A stretch of 64,000 bases of DNA from Pseudomonadota bacterium (GTDB lineage Bacteria; Pseudomonadota; Alphaproteobacteria; RF32; CAG-239), in contig CAKJXZ020000001.1 in NCBI GenBank assembly GCA_918234285.1, positions 1 through 64,000 on the forward strand, in the 5' to 3' direction. Within the stretch, counting starts at the first letter, position 1. Each line of letters begins with the position of its first letter. Of this stretch, positions 9,101 through 18,727 are shown in pieces. A model generated the notes under the pieces. The model did not search any database. It saw only the letters and a list, made by a program, of their open reading frames with translations, and was not told where the DNA came from. A program made the translations under genes and the position numbers.

Positions 9101-9257
9101 AAAAAAGTTCTCCTTCCGCAACATAAACCTGTTCCACTCCGTCTTTTTCGGTAAAGTTCAATTTGTCGGCCGAATATAGGGCAATATCATTGGCAGCTGC
9201 CGTTCCGGACCATAAAAGCAACAAGCTCGTACCATACAATAACTTCTGGAAAAACAT
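6105..9257 (-). CDS. secreted MORN-variant (YwqK-like) repeat plus ankyrin-repeat protein
   Basis: Signal peptide from ATG 9257 (AAGGA upstream); N-terminal YxxGxxxG MORN-variant repeats; C-terminal GxTPLxxA/GADIN ankyrin repeats. Confidence 0.85.
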   Translation of the reverse strand: MFFQKLLYGTSLLLLWSGTAAANDIALYSADKLNFTEKDGVEQVYVAEGELFSGAVELPDSAGHKTVYLYKDGKKSGVATTYYDGKKPMLKTSYENGMKNGVEAAYYPDGNMQYRRTYKDNIINGEEILFNKAGKPQRQSKYTNGLLDGTVNYFDDEGNLSKTETYKNGVKDGVERIVKNNTLVSEDTYVNGRINGVSKKYSEKYLTDETEYVDGQREGWHKHYSEDGTRSETPYHNDKKNGMATIYRPDNKIALTTMYVDDTKNGFEKKFTEDGLLVSVENYHNNQQEGISRYYNKGKELAVIKFFDDGAEKTVVDLSQTEAVAPLYQKFKEGKIGPLLKQRNTWYRILWLGITTGKIELIDALERAMKMHNFAIDDMEVYQRFSGADFAADTEGLYSGMTPFMYAVAVSSSPEIVQKFKSQLSTANADGETPLQHAVLANNIDSLKLILSLWPSDDTATINNLLFYALQNGANTDIIKQMLQTADVKIKDADGRTPLDYAIKNNAEPEIIEMLVNAGADINQPQYKHLLVQGLQQNKPSSYINMLADKGIAVSGLDDDGHSALYYAEINSYPPEIIEKLRAGGSVLSNADKQALLKDAAEHNDITLLQRLNISAEQMAEVTDNGRSALQYAYDIAAPDEFMQYLLDNGADINHQDRDGNTVLHDALAKQDTASAQKFIEKGAAINIVDNYGKSAVSYVLTDDKSAEIYDVVWDKIEAADVMLKMPEGGLPLWKYLYRQGNLAALKTLFAKLENPLSLTDENGQNVIDLLQQNSQDADLSALVSEYLVDNDVATLRTIVKRQQIDLLRNMNTDELDMNELDEYGETLLISAYRRGTSPEFLQVLLDKGADINQKNAEGKSVLDLAFANNNLGMIKFMVEHGANINKVNNDRSYLMDCKRGSVELTDLLMAHSAAVSHVTADGETVLMATIRNLNMPLIKYVLQHNVDVNAKDADGLTAVSYLIKALEQYGAEDESVRVDVLETLKLLVEHGADINARDYNGQTVLVAVARQYPDFYREFAEAFVAAGGNPEIKDQYDKKAGDYIKEPEL

Positions 9258-9316
9258 CGATTTATCCTTATAAATAATTAACAATGTATGTAAATTATCA
9301 CTTATATTTGATAAAA

Positions 9317-10234
9317 TCAATCAGAAAAAGGCTTGAGTAAATTCAAGATATACGGCGACGGATTATCCTCGGTTTTGACCAATCCGTGTCCGATATATTT
9401 TAAGGCCAAAGCCTCAATCTGCCTGGTATCAATGTTCTTCCCCGTTATTTTATTATAGACCTTTAAAGTATCAAGAGCCAGTTTGCGATGAATTTTATAA
9501 AGCGGGAAAAATTCCTGTTCCACCGGAACAACGCGGGCATTACCGAAATCGATTATTCCGGCAACGATTGAATATTCTTCCGGATTTATCAAAAGATTGC
9601 TGCCGCTCAAATCGTTATGGCACAAAGCAAGCGGTGTAGTCGGAGCATCCGTAAGATAATCATCGAGATTTATTTTGTTTGCGCTCTGCCGCAATAAGGC
9701 ACTTTTGGCTTTTTCATAATCAAAATCCGGCCGCAGCGACACATCCCAACTATCCATGGCGGCAATAAGCGAAGTATCCTCCGGCGGAAGCTCCGAATTT
9801 TCATAATCAAAGGCGTGAAGCGCGGCAAAAAACTGCGCCACCTGCCGTGCCAGATTTTCCTGTTGCAATGTGTTTAATGCACCATAACCGGTGGTATATT
9901 CTCCCTCACCGCGATTATCACAAATTTTGCCGTTGAAGCGCAAAGAAATCGTAAACGGATAATCTTCTTCCACCAGTTCGATTTTATGGATTTTATGCGG
10001 GATTTTTTCTTCCATAAAAGGATGTATGGCATCAATTATCAGTTTTTCGCGACGCATTACATTCCAAATTATTTCGGCTTTTGGAAAGCGCACCAGCAAG
10101 TTATCGGCCGCAAAAGCATACGAGCGCGAGCCGCCGGGCAGCCGCTCAATCGAACGCGCGACAATTCCGGCAGATGATAGCACTTGCCGAACATTGTCCG
10201 TATCCTCGATAATCTCCGCCGTCAAAAACTGCAT
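9317..10234 (-). CDS. aminoglycoside-phosphotransferase-like (APH/choline kinase family) kinase
   Basis: HNDLSGSNLL Brenner motif, IIDFG, VRFPK; ATG 10234 with GGAGG. Confidence 0.8.
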   Translation of the reverse strand: MQFLTAEIIEDTDNVRQVLSSAGIVARSIERLPGGSRSYAFAADNLLVRFPKAEIIWNVMRREKLIIDAIHPFMEEKIPHKIHKIELVEEDYPFTISLRFNGKICDNRGEGEYTTGYGALNTLQQENLARQVAQFFAALHAFDYENSELPPEDTSLIAAMDSWDVSLRPDFDYEKAKSALLRQSANKINLDDYLTDAPTTPLALCHNDLSGSNLLINPEEYSIVAGIIDFGNARVVPVEQEFFPLYKIHRKLALDTLKVYNKITGKNIDTRQIEALALKYIGHGLVKTEDNPSPYILNLLKPFSD

Positions 10235-10289
10235 TTTTCCTCCATTTGGAGAGATTATACACCCGATTTGGTTAAATTTTCGTATGGAT

Positions 10290-10330
10290 AAAAAAGAACC
10301 GCTCGATTTCACTCGAACGGTTCTTTTTTT
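10290..10330 (-). terminator. intrinsic terminator
   Basis: AAAAAAGAACCG...CGGTTCTTTTTT hairpin directly after the HAD gene. Confidence 0.7.
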
Positions 10331-11165
10331 AGGCTTTCATATCATAATCGGCCTTAAGTTTTAATAGCCAAGCCTTGATGATGGCATCCATCTTACCGCC
10401 TTCGGCATAGTCCGCCGGCGCAATATTGTCGACACGACGGTCGTGCAACAACTTCTGCGCGTGGGTACTGCCGGTTTTGGTATGCGGACGATACACGGCA
10501 ATTGCCTGTCCGCCGAACTTGCGTAAAGTCGCCATACATGGGACATCGGTCAAGCCGTCACCGACATAAAGCATTTGCCCGAATGACATCACACGTTGCT
10601 CATGCGGAACCTTCTCATTTACGGCCAAATCGGTTTCATCCAAGCATCCTTTACTGATGCGGAACAAATACTGGGTTTTGGTCGTGTAGTTGATAACCTG
10701 AGCCGGCCAAAAAGCCACGCCGTTGGCATCATACATAAACGAGCAGGCATATACACGCTCAAAATGTTTGCTGATAGGCAGGCCGCTGACAATTTCTTTC
10801 AATCCGGAAGAAAGAAGAAAATGTTGCAACTCAATGCCGTTTTTCTTGGCAAAGGCATTTATACGCGTAAACCAACTGTCCACCCCGTTAAACAACGGAA
10901 TATCCTTACCGAACTCTTGTAAATCCTCTTTGCGGAAAGCGATATGCTTGGCCTTTGCTTCCTCAAGCATGGTGAGCATATAACAGAGGTTTTTATCGGC
11001 ATGTTGTCTTTCAGACAAAGCATCGGATTTTTTCCAAAAACTTTGCGGTGTGGTCTTAAGCGCACGCATAAAACCATACTCCTGCATATTGCCCGGAGCG
11101 AGTGTGCCATCAAAATCATAACAGATGGCTGCCTTTAATACTGTCTTTTTCATAACTGTATGCAT
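10329..11165 (-). CDS. HAD-superfamily hydrolase
   Basis: YDFDGTL motif I, SSG motif II, GDGLTDVP motif IV; alternative start 11153. Confidence 0.88.
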   Translation of the reverse strand: MHTVMKKTVLKAAICYDFDGTLAPGNMQEYGFMRALKTTPQSFWKKSDALSERQHADKNLCYMLTMLEEAKAKHIAFRKEDLQEFGKDIPLFNGVDSWFTRINAFAKKNGIELQHFLLSSGLKEIVSGLPISKHFERVYACSFMYDANGVAFWPAQVINYTTKTQYLFRISKGCLDETDLAVNEKVPHEQRVMSFGQMLYVGDGLTDVPCMATLRKFGGQAIAVYRPHTKTGSTHAQKLLHDRRVDNIAPADYAEGGKMDAIIKAWLLKLKADYDMKA

Positions 11166-11295
11166 ATATTTTTTTTAATAATTTTTCTTATGAAACGATT
11201 GTACTAAAAATCAACCGTTTGAGTCAAGAAAAAAATTTGTCAATTTTTGAATTATTGCACAAAGACAGTGTGTTTTGGTGTCAGAAAATACCCCG

Positions 11296-12624
11296 TCAGG
11301 CGACTTCCGACTTCCGCGCGTCTTTTAAGGTAGCTTTAACTCGTGTAATCCGCATATTATCGATTTTTAAAACTTCGTATACACAGAACTCGTCTTCGGC
11401 CTTATCGCCGACTTTCGGTTCTTCGCCGATTAAGTTAAACACATAGCCGCCCATGGTGCTTTCTTCCAACTCGTGATACGGCAAATTCATGGCGTCATAA
11501 GCATCTTCCACCAGATAAACTCCGTCAAACTCGTAGTTTTTATCATTGATTTTCTTCAGCGGTTTATGCTCGGCGCCGTCGTGTTCGTCCTGAATTTCGC
11601 CGACCAGTTCTTCCAAAATATCTTCCATGGTAACCAAACCGGCAGTGCCGCCGTATTCGTCAACCACAATGGCGATATGAATATGCTTTTTCATCATTTC
11701 GTGCAACACATCGGAAATCGATTTATTTTCCGGCACAAACAAAATCTTGCGCACAATATGCTTCAAAATATCTTTATGAATCGCATCTTTATTTTCGAGC
11801 AAATCGCGAATGTGAATCATTCCCAAAATCTGGTCTTTATCTTCGTCACACAGCGGGAAACGCGTGTGCTTATGCTCGCGCACGAAGGCCATAATATCGT
11901 CGAAGCTGTCGTCTTTATAAATGCACTTCATATCCTGCCGCGGCACCATAATTTCGTGGGCGCAGATTTCCGAAAAATTGATGGCATTCTGAATAATTTC
12001 ACTCTCGGTATCATCAATCACCCCGCCCTTTTGCGACGCGTCGATAATCAGTTTGATTTCTTCTTCGGAGTGTGCATCTTCATTTTCGTCCGCCTTTTCG
12101 ATTTTCATCAGCTTCAAAATCCACAGCGACACATGGTCAAAGCACCAAATAATCGGGGTGCATACCTTATTAAACGTATACAGCGGAATCGCCACCAACA
12201 AAGCGTAGCGCTCGGTATCCTGAATAGCCATGGACTTTGGTACCAACTCACCCAAAACCACGTGCAACAACGTAATAAACGTAAAGGCAATACCAAAGCT
12301 CAAAGAATGCAACAACACGGTTCTTCCTTCAAAAAAACCGCCGAACAAATCTTCCAACAGGTTGGAAACCGCCGGTTCGCCGAGCCAACCCAAGCCAAGC
12401 GATGCCAAAGTAATACCCAACTGAGTGGCACTCAGATAAGTGTTCAGATGTTCGTTGATTTCGAGTGCGACTTTAGCGCGCTTGTTGCCGGACGCGGCCA
12501 GTTCTTCCAACTTGGTGCGGCGAATCTTTACTACTGCAAACTCGGATATTACAAAAAAAGCATTACAAAAAACAAGAAATAAAACTAAAATTAAATTTAT
12601 AATATAGGTCGACACGGGACTCAT
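11296..12624 (-). CDS. hemolysin/CNNM-CBS-CorC family membrane protein
   Basis: N-terminal TM CNNM domain (QLGITLASL, GELVPK), CBS pair (VDEYGGTAGLVTMEDILEE), CorC C-terminus. Confidence 0.92.
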   Translation of the reverse strand: MSPVSTYIINLILVLFLVFCNAFFVISEFAVVKIRRTKLEELAASGNKRAKVALEINEHLNTYLSATQLGITLASLGLGWLGEPAVSNLLEDLFGGFFEGRTVLLHSLSFGIAFTFITLLHVVLGELVPKSMAIQDTERYALLVAIPLYTFNKVCTPIIWCFDHVSLWILKLMKIEKADENEDAHSEEEIKLIIDASQKGGVIDDTESEIIQNAINFSEICAHEIMVPRQDMKCIYKDDSFDDIMAFVREHKHTRFPLCDEDKDQILGMIHIRDLLENKDAIHKDILKHIVRKILFVPENKSISDVLHEMMKKHIHIAIVVDEYGGTAGLVTMEDILEELVGEIQDEHDGAEHKPLKKINDKNYEFDGVYLVEDAYDAMNLPYHELEESTMGGYVFNLIGEEPKVGDKAEDEFCVYEVLKIDNMRITRVKATLKDARKSEVA

Positions 12625-12795
12625 GGTTTGAAATTACAATTTACCTCATTCTGTTAAAACAATAAAGTCATATTATATGATAATTGAGATATTGTCAATA
12701 AATGATTAAAAATAAGGCGAATTTATAATTTTATTGATTTAAACGTCTTTTTTTGCTATATTGTACTCGGTAACCAACGGACACGGAGCATTATC

Positions 12796-12981
12796 ATGGA
12801 TAAAAAAGCAAAAAAAGAACACTTGCAAAAAATAAAAGAACAATTCCGTGCGGTACGCGCCGGTCGACGCCAAGACGAAATAGAAGACCATAACGGCAAG
12901 CCGTTTACTTCCAAAAATCTGCCAAAGTTGAAAAACAAATACGACCGCAAACGGCTTAAAAATTTGCGCGACGAATACTGA
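12796..12981 (+). CDS. small basic hypothetical protein
   Basis: 61 aa, GGAG RBS, TTGATT...TATATT promoter upstream, fills an otherwise empty intergenic space. Confidence 0.65.
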   Translation: MDKKAKKEHLQKIKEQFRAVRAGRRQDEIEDHNGKPFTSKNLPKLKNKYDRKRLKNLRDEY

Positions 12982-13020
12982 TACAAATCGTTTGCAATCT
13001 CGAAACATCCCTGCCCGGCT

Positions 13021-15225
13021 TTATTTATTCGGGCACGCTTCTTCCAATTTTTGAATAATTTGTTCGCGAATATTTTCTTTTGTATAGAAAAACGAATCAT
13101 AAATTTTCTTGGTCTCAGCACTGATTTCAAAATCGTTTTCACAATATTCGATAACCCGATTAACCACGTCATCTTCCTTAAAATACACATTCGGCAAAAT
13201 ATATTGTTTGTAATCAAACTTTGCCAAGTCTTCGCGCTCAAATTGCGGAAGAGAAGAATCTTGTCGGTCAAGTATATAAAGTACCACCGGCTTGTTTTGA
13301 AACATAAAATCAAAAGCGACCGATGAAAAGTCGGTTAACAAACCGGAGCACTGCCGAATATATTGCGAAATATCCTGGGTGTCTATAATCTTAATATGTT
13401 TTTCTGCCGACAAATTAAAATCTATCTTCATATTGCTCATCAGGGCATGGTGCGGCGCAAAATATAAAGTTATATTTTTTTGTTGCAAATATCTCATCAA
13501 TTTTTCGTTGTGTAACAAACTAAGTAAGTTTTTCTTATACAGCGAATTCTCAAAAAGCACCATGTTAATGTGCCGCCACGTCAGCATCAACAAAATGCTT
13601 TTTTCTTTCGGTTTAGGCAATCCGTTCAGCAAGTCCCAGCGCGGTAAACCGACTTTCAGCAGTTTTTCCGGCGGGAAATCATATTTAAGGAACAATTTTT
13701 CTTCTCGATTCGAACACACCAAAAACTTATCAAACTTCTGCGGATACAGATATCCGGCATACAGTACGCTGTCTCGAGCATAAGTCGGACCATGTTGAAT
13801 AAAGACATATTGCCACGACGGATGTTTTCTGAAGAACATATCGGCCGTTCCCGAATTTTCGCCAAAAGAGGTCAGAACGCACTTGGTACGCAGCAACACC
13901 TCCCAGATTTTTTGCATAAACTCATTGGGGTGAGTGCGAGATGAAAAATTCAGGACAATAACGTGATCAAGTTTATTTTCCGCTGCCAGACGTTGATATA
14001 GCGCAGTTTGTTTAAGTACCACATAATATGCCGGAATATTCATCTCCCGCATTTTTGCAAACAGAGAATACGCATCAATCGCCTCCACGGTTGCATCGTG
14101 CAGGCAATCAAACAATAAATAGGTATCTTTAGGATATTTTTTGTAATTTTTCCGCACCAGATTAATATAGTGCTGTTCTGCACCCAGACGTCCGCACCGC
14201 CGCTTGATTTTCAAGGTCAGCCCGAAAATTTTAACCACCTTATGACGTGGCGTCTTCGAAACCTTTATAAACTTACCGAAGATATTTTTAATCTTGTCTT
14301 TCAGCCTGATTTTCAAATACCTTTTCATTTCGCGGTATTCTTTTTTGGTTAAAAAGTTTTTGGCATGTTTGAGCAGAACTTTACGATCTTTTCCCGAAAA
14401 GCCCATATAGTTCCACGAAAAATTCATTACCTTCATATAATGCAGATTTAATTCCATACGCGGCAACAAATTCTGCTCCGCCAAAAACCGCTCCAATTCT
14501 TTGGCCACCTCGCAAAAATCCAAATATCTTTGATTATATGAGCGAACAATCGAATTTTTGCGCAGACGATAAATATAACCGGCATATTTAACATAAGAAA
14601 CCGCCTTGGCCAAAACATGTCCTTTCAAAACAAACGGACAATCTTCACAGCACTTATGTTTGGAAAATAAAATATTGTTATTTATTAAAAATTCACGCCG
14701 ATAAATGCGGACAACCGAATAGCAAGGCGAAACCAACAACGTATCCAGCAACATTTCGCGGTCGATGTTTTGACCGTCGGGGACATTGACCGGCACCGCC
14801 TTAATATATTTTACGGCTTTTTCGAAAAAATTCTGCGGAATGACGCATTCGGTCCACTCCTGATAACGCACATAATCGCAGATAACTATGTCGGAATCGA
14901 GTTGTTTGGCTTGAGTGTATAATCTCTCATACATATCCTCTTTTACCCAGTCATCCGGGTCAACAAAACCTACATACTCGCCCTTTGCCTCGGCAATACC
15001 CAAATTACGCGCAACCCCCGGTCCCTCGTTTTCTTTATCTATTACCTTAATTCGCTTATCTTCAGCGGCAAACTTTTGTAAAATTGCCAATGAATCGTCG
15101 GTGGAGCCGTCATTGATACAGATAATTTCGATATCCTTAAGCGTCTGTGCCGTCAAACTCTCCAGGCATTTTCCCAAATATTCCTGCACGTTATAAACCG
15201 GAACGATGATACTGACTTTAAGCAT
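13021..15225 (-). CDS. GT2 glycosyltransferase fused to a TagF-like CDP-glycerol:glycerophosphate transferase
   Basis: N-terminal GT-A (VSIIVPVYN, NDGSTD, FVDPDD); C-terminal QHG, GLPRWD, TWR, PHH and TDFSSVAFDF motifs. Confidence 0.88.
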   Translation of the reverse strand: MLKVSIIVPVYNVQEYLGKCLESLTAQTLKDIEIICINDGSTDDSLAILQKFAAEDKRIKVIDKENEGPGVARNLGIAEAKGEYVGFVDPDDWVKEDMYERLYTQAKQLDSDIVICDYVRYQEWTECVIPQNFFEKAVKYIKAVPVNVPDGQNIDREMLLDTLLVSPCYSVVRIYRREFLINNNILFSKHKCCEDCPFVLKGHVLAKAVSYVKYAGYIYRLRKNSIVRSYNQRYLDFCEVAKELERFLAEQNLLPRMELNLHYMKVMNFSWNYMGFSGKDRKVLLKHAKNFLTKKEYREMKRYLKIRLKDKIKNIFGKFIKVSKTPRHKVVKIFGLTLKIKRRCGRLGAEQHYINLVRKNYKKYPKDTYLLFDCLHDATVEAIDAYSLFAKMREMNIPAYYVVLKQTALYQRLAAENKLDHVIVLNFSSRTHPNEFMQKIWEVLLRTKCVLTSFGENSGTADMFFRKHPSWQYVFIQHGPTYARDSVLYAGYLYPQKFDKFLVCSNREEKLFLKYDFPPEKLLKVGLPRWDLLNGLPKPKEKSILLMLTWRHINMVLFENSLYKKNLLSLLHNEKLMRYLQQKNITLYFAPHHALMSNMKIDFNLSAEKHIKIIDTQDISQYIRQCSGLLTDFSSVAFDFMFQNKPVVLYILDRQDSSLPQFEREDLAKFDYKQYILPNVYFKEDDVVNRVIEYCENDFEISAETKKIYDSFFYTKENIREQIIQKLEEACPNK

Positions 15226-16199
15226 TATTTTCCCCCGTTTCTGAGCCGGATTTTAATAAGCCGCATAAGCACCTTAAAACGTAACTCGCGATAGTAAAAA
15301 CACTTTTCGTTATGTAACTGTTTAAGCGTCGCAAACAAAAATTTATCTTTCTCTTTTCTGCCGTCTTTGTTGTGATAAACCGCATTAATCAGATGTCGCA
15401 AAGAAGCACCTATACGGATTTTGCGAACAATCGGCCATAATTTTTGCCTTTCCGGCGTCGCAAAATAACGCGTCACCGCCCGAATGCCGGTGGCATAATT
15501 ATCAATTTTGCGTACCGAAAACGAACTGCGCATGGTTGAAGTATTGTCGGTGTTATAACCATACAAAGCATACGGCACCGTTGCATACTCTTTAATGTCG
15601 GCGAACAAACAGGTAACCCACGGCCAATCTTCAAAATAAATTCCCTCAATAAACGGACGGTCTTGAATGAGCTCACGTTTATAAAGTTTGTTCCAAATCA
15701 CCGAACCCGACGCCTCGTTTTGCAAAATATGCAAGAGCGGATTTTGATGCGTCTCGTACTGCAAATCAGCCATATTTATCAATGCCGGATCATATTGCTT
15801 AGTTTCAACCGTTGCTACCACTCCAACCCCTGATTTTTGCGCTGCGGTCAGCAAAACTTCCAACGTTTGCGGATGAATAAAATCGTCGGCATCAACAAAA
15901 AAAACATAATCGCCGCCGGCAATTTTTAATGCTACATTACGCGCCGCAGATTGCCCTTTATTTTCCTGTGTTATTACTTTTAATCTTTTATCTTTTTGCG
16001 CATAAGCGGCCAAAATTTCCGCACAGTTATCGGGAGAGCCGTCATCAACACAAATAACTTCCAGTGCCGAGTGGGTTTGCCCCAAAACGCTCTCCAAACA
16101 ATGCGGCAGATATTCCGCACAATTATAAACGGGGATGATAACCGAAATCATCGCCGATGAAATATCCGTTGCCGGTATGTTTTGCGCACGATTTAACAT
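15225..16199 (-). CDS. GT2 glycosyltransferase
   Basis: ISVIIPVYN, DDGSPD, FVDADD, WNKLYK and FEDW motifs. Confidence 0.9.
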   Translation of the reverse strand: MLNRAQNIPATDISSAMISVIIPVYNCAEYLPHCLESVLGQTHSALEVICVDDGSPDNCAEILAAYAQKDKRLKVITQENKGQSAARNVALKIAGGDYVFFVDADDFIHPQTLEVLLTAAQKSGVGVVATVETKQYDPALINMADLQYETHQNPLLHILQNEASGSVIWNKLYKRELIQDRPFIEGIYFEDWPWVTCLFADIKEYATVPYALYGYNTDNTSTMRSSFSVRKIDNYATGIRAVTRYFATPERQKLWPIVRKIRIGASLRHLINAVYHNKDGRKEKDKFLFATLKQLHNEKCFYYRELRFKVLMRLIKIRLRNGGK

Positions 16200-16283
16200 A
16201 GCTTAACTATAAGACAGACTTAAAATATGTCAAGCTGATTTGTGGGTTTGAGCCAAAGCGTATGAATAAGGCCGCGCCGCCGA

Positions 16284-16616
16284 CTAATTGGTCGGTTCTT
16301 CGTCCTCGTCGTCAATAATGATGAATTCGTTATCGCCGATAACATTGAGCACGGCACGCGCCCGCTCGTCAAGCAAATCCAAATCCAAGCTTGAAGACGA
16401 TAACAATTTAACCTTTTGATCTAACTCATCGCGACGCATTTGATAGGTTTGTTGCAACTGCTGAGCTTCCGCCACCTTATTTTGCAAATACAAATACTTT
16501 AAGTATCCGCGGTCACCGCGAATCGCAAAATATGAAAAATATGAAAACAAACAAATCAGCAAAACCAAAACGGCCGAGCTTTTGCTTTTATTGACTATAT
16601 AAGACCAAATTCCCAT
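16284..16616 (-). CDS. ftsB: septum formation initiator FtsB/DivIC
   Basis: TM helix, GDRG, coiled coil, LDLDLLDERAR alphaproteobacterial signature. Confidence 0.85.
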   Translation of the reverse strand: MGIWSYIVNKSKSSAVLVLLICLFSYFSYFAIRGDRGYLKYLYLQNKVAEAQQLQQTYQMRRDELDQKVKLLSSSSLDLDLLDERARAVLNVIGDNEFIIIDDEDEEPTN

Positions 16617-16688
16617 AATTTTTCCGTTGCAAGTTATTCTTCTGATATACGACCATATTTTTGTTAAAAAAAAGTTATTTTTTGTCTG

Positions 16689-17408
16689 CTAATAAAAATT
16701 TTTACCCTTGGAGATAAAATTAGTGGCGCGAGCATCAATCAACCGCCCTTCTTTAAGAGTTACTTCCCTATCCATGCGATGCGCCAGGTCGATATTATGT
16801 GTGGCTATAAGAGCCGATAATCCGGTTTCTTTAACCACTTCCAACAACGTCTGAAAAACATTATCCGCCGTGTTCGGATCCAAGTTGCCGGTCGGTTCAT
16901 CCGCCAACAACAGGCGCGGAGTGTTGGCTAAAGCGCGGGCAATTGCCACTCGTTGCTGCTCGCCGCCGGAGAGTTCTGCCGGACGATGATGTTCGCGCTC
17001 GGCCAAACCCAGCCTATGCAAAAGCCACATTGCCTTATCTTCGGCCTCGCTATATTTAACCCCCATAATCAATTGCGGCAAAATCACATTCTCGGCGGCA
17101 TCAAAATCCGGCAGTAAATTGTGGTATTGATACACAAAACCCAGATAATCGCGGCGCAGAGCCGTCCGCATATTATCGCTGTTGCCGGTACACAAATCGC
17201 CGTTGATATACACTTCACCGGAAGTCGGTTCATCAAGCAATCCGGCAATCTGCAACAGGGTTGATTTACCCGAACCTGACGGGCCGATGAGTGCCACCAC
17301 TTCCTTTGGTTTGATGTCTAAATTAACCTCGCGCAAAACCTGAAGTTGCTCGTTACCCTGACGAAACGTTTTGCTGATATTTTTCAGTTGCAAAGTCAAA
17401 CTACTCAT
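16689..17408 (-). CDS. lolD: lipoprotein-releasing ABC transporter ATPase
   Basis: [36 protein letters not shown]; directly downstream of the lolC/E gene. Confidence 0.92.
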   Translation of the reverse strand: MSSLTLQLKNISKTFRQGNEQLQVLREVNLDIKPKEVVALIGPSGSGKSTLLQIAGLLDEPTSGEVYINGDLCTGNSDNMRTALRRDYLGFVYQYHNLLPDFDAAENVILPQLIMGVKYSEAEDKAMWLLHRLGLAEREHHRPAELSGGEQQRVAIARALANTPRLLLADEPTGNLDPNTADNVFQTLLEVVKETGLSALIATHNIDLAHRMDREVTLKEGRLIDARATNFISKGKNFY

Positions 17409-18660
17409 AACGTAACGCCTCCGCCGGATTAAACTTTGATGCACGATATGCCGGATAAATGGTAGCCAGGAACGACAACACCAAAGTAATCACTACCACC
17501 AACAAAACTTCCATATTATCCACCTTCGCCGGAAGTTGTGACAAGAAATAGATTTCGGACGAGAACAGTTCGCGACCGGAAAGATTTTGCAAAAACTGCC
17601 GAATATTCTCAATATTGTGGCAGAATAACAATCCCAAAATTACACCGAAAGTAGTACCTACAACGCCGATAAACGCGCCGTCCATAAAGAAAATACGCAT
17701 AATCATCGCCCGAGTTGCCCCCATGGTACGCAAAACCGCCACATCGCGGCTTTTATCTTTAACCAACATAATCAAACCGGTGATAATATTGAAAGCCGCC
17801 ACCAAAATAATCAGAGTCAAAATCAAAAACATCACGTTGCGCTCGACATCTATGGCGTTAAAGAAGGTCGCATTTGTCTGCTTCCAATCGTAAACATACG
17901 CTTCCAGACTGACGCTCTTTTTCAGCATATCACGCACCTTGACCAGATCATTTTCATCTTTGAGGCTCACGTCGATAACCGACACCGCATCCTTGAGCCC
18001 GAAATAAGTCTGCGCAGCTTCCAGCGGCATAAACACATAATTGGCATCGTATTCGTACATTCCCATATTGAACATACCGATAACGCGATAAGCCTTTATC
18101 CGCGGCACGGTACCGAATGCCGTAACCTTACCGTTCGGCGAAATCAGAGTAATTTCATCGTTGATATAAACGCCGAGTTTGCGCGCCAGCTTATCGCCCA
18201 AAACCACAACATCGCCCTTAAATTCGGCCATATCAATGGTGGCGAAACCGTCGCGCATGACCTTTTTCTTTAAGATGTCATCACCGTTAATGCCGCGCAC
18301 CATCGCTCCTTCGGCACTTTTGCCGGAGGAAATAAGCAACTGTTTTTCAATCAGCGGCAACACCAATTCTATTTCATCGATACTTTGCAAATCGCTCACG
18401 GCTTTTTTGTAATTATTAAACGGAAAACCGGCCGAAGATACTATGGATATATGACCATTGATACCCAAAATCCGGTTGAGGAGTTCGGCCTTAAAGCCGT
18501 TCATAACCGAGGTGACAATAATTAAAGTTGCCACGCCCAAAGCAATACCGGTAAACGCAAAACCGGTAATAACCGAGATAAAACCCTCTTTTCTTTTTGC
18601 TCGCAAATAGCGCCATGCTGTCAGGCGCTCAAATTTTGAAAACAAAACGTTTCTCCTCAC
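17401..18660 (-). CDS. lolE: lipoprotein-releasing ABC transporter permease LolC/E
   Basis: RYLRAKRKEGFISVI, SVMNGF, C-terminal PAEALRYE. Confidence 0.9.
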   Translation of the reverse strand: MRRNVLFSKFERLTAWRYLRAKRKEGFISVITGFAFTGIALGVATLIIVTSVMNGFKAELLNRILGINGHISIVSSAGFPFNNYKKAVSDLQSIDEIELVLPLIEKQLLISSGKSAEGAMVRGINGDDILKKKVMRDGFATIDMAEFKGDVVVLGDKLARKLGVYINDEITLISPNGKVTAFGTVPRIKAYRVIGMFNMGMYEYDANYVFMPLEAAQTYFGLKDAVSVIDVSLKDENDLVKVRDMLKKSVSLEAYVYDWKQTNATFFNAIDVERNVMFLILTLIILVAAFNIITGLIMLVKDKSRDVAVLRTMGATRAMIMRIFFMDGAFIGVVGTTFGVILGLLFCHNIENIRQFLQNLSGRELFSSEIYFLSQLPAKVDNMEVLLVVVITLVLSFLATIYPAYRASKFNPAEALRYE

Positions 18661-18727
18661 ACATTTTTTTTGAACTTAGCGTTTTTGTTATTTTTTTGCA
18701 ATTATGAATCTGCGGATATACACAGCA

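Noticed and set aside
11473-12582. 369-aa antisense ORF (likewise 20130-21116, 42921-43805, 40424-41206, 62363-63121 and others)
   Set aside because: Shadow frames opposite well-supported genes, expected from codon bias; no motifs or RBS.
16663-16678. CtrA-like boxes (ATAA-N7-TTAAC upstream of ftsB; TTAA-N7-TTAA at 41192-41206)
   Set aside because: Plausible for an alphaproteobacterium, but such AT-only matches are expected by chance in AT-rich intergenic DNA; not supportable without genome-wide analysis.
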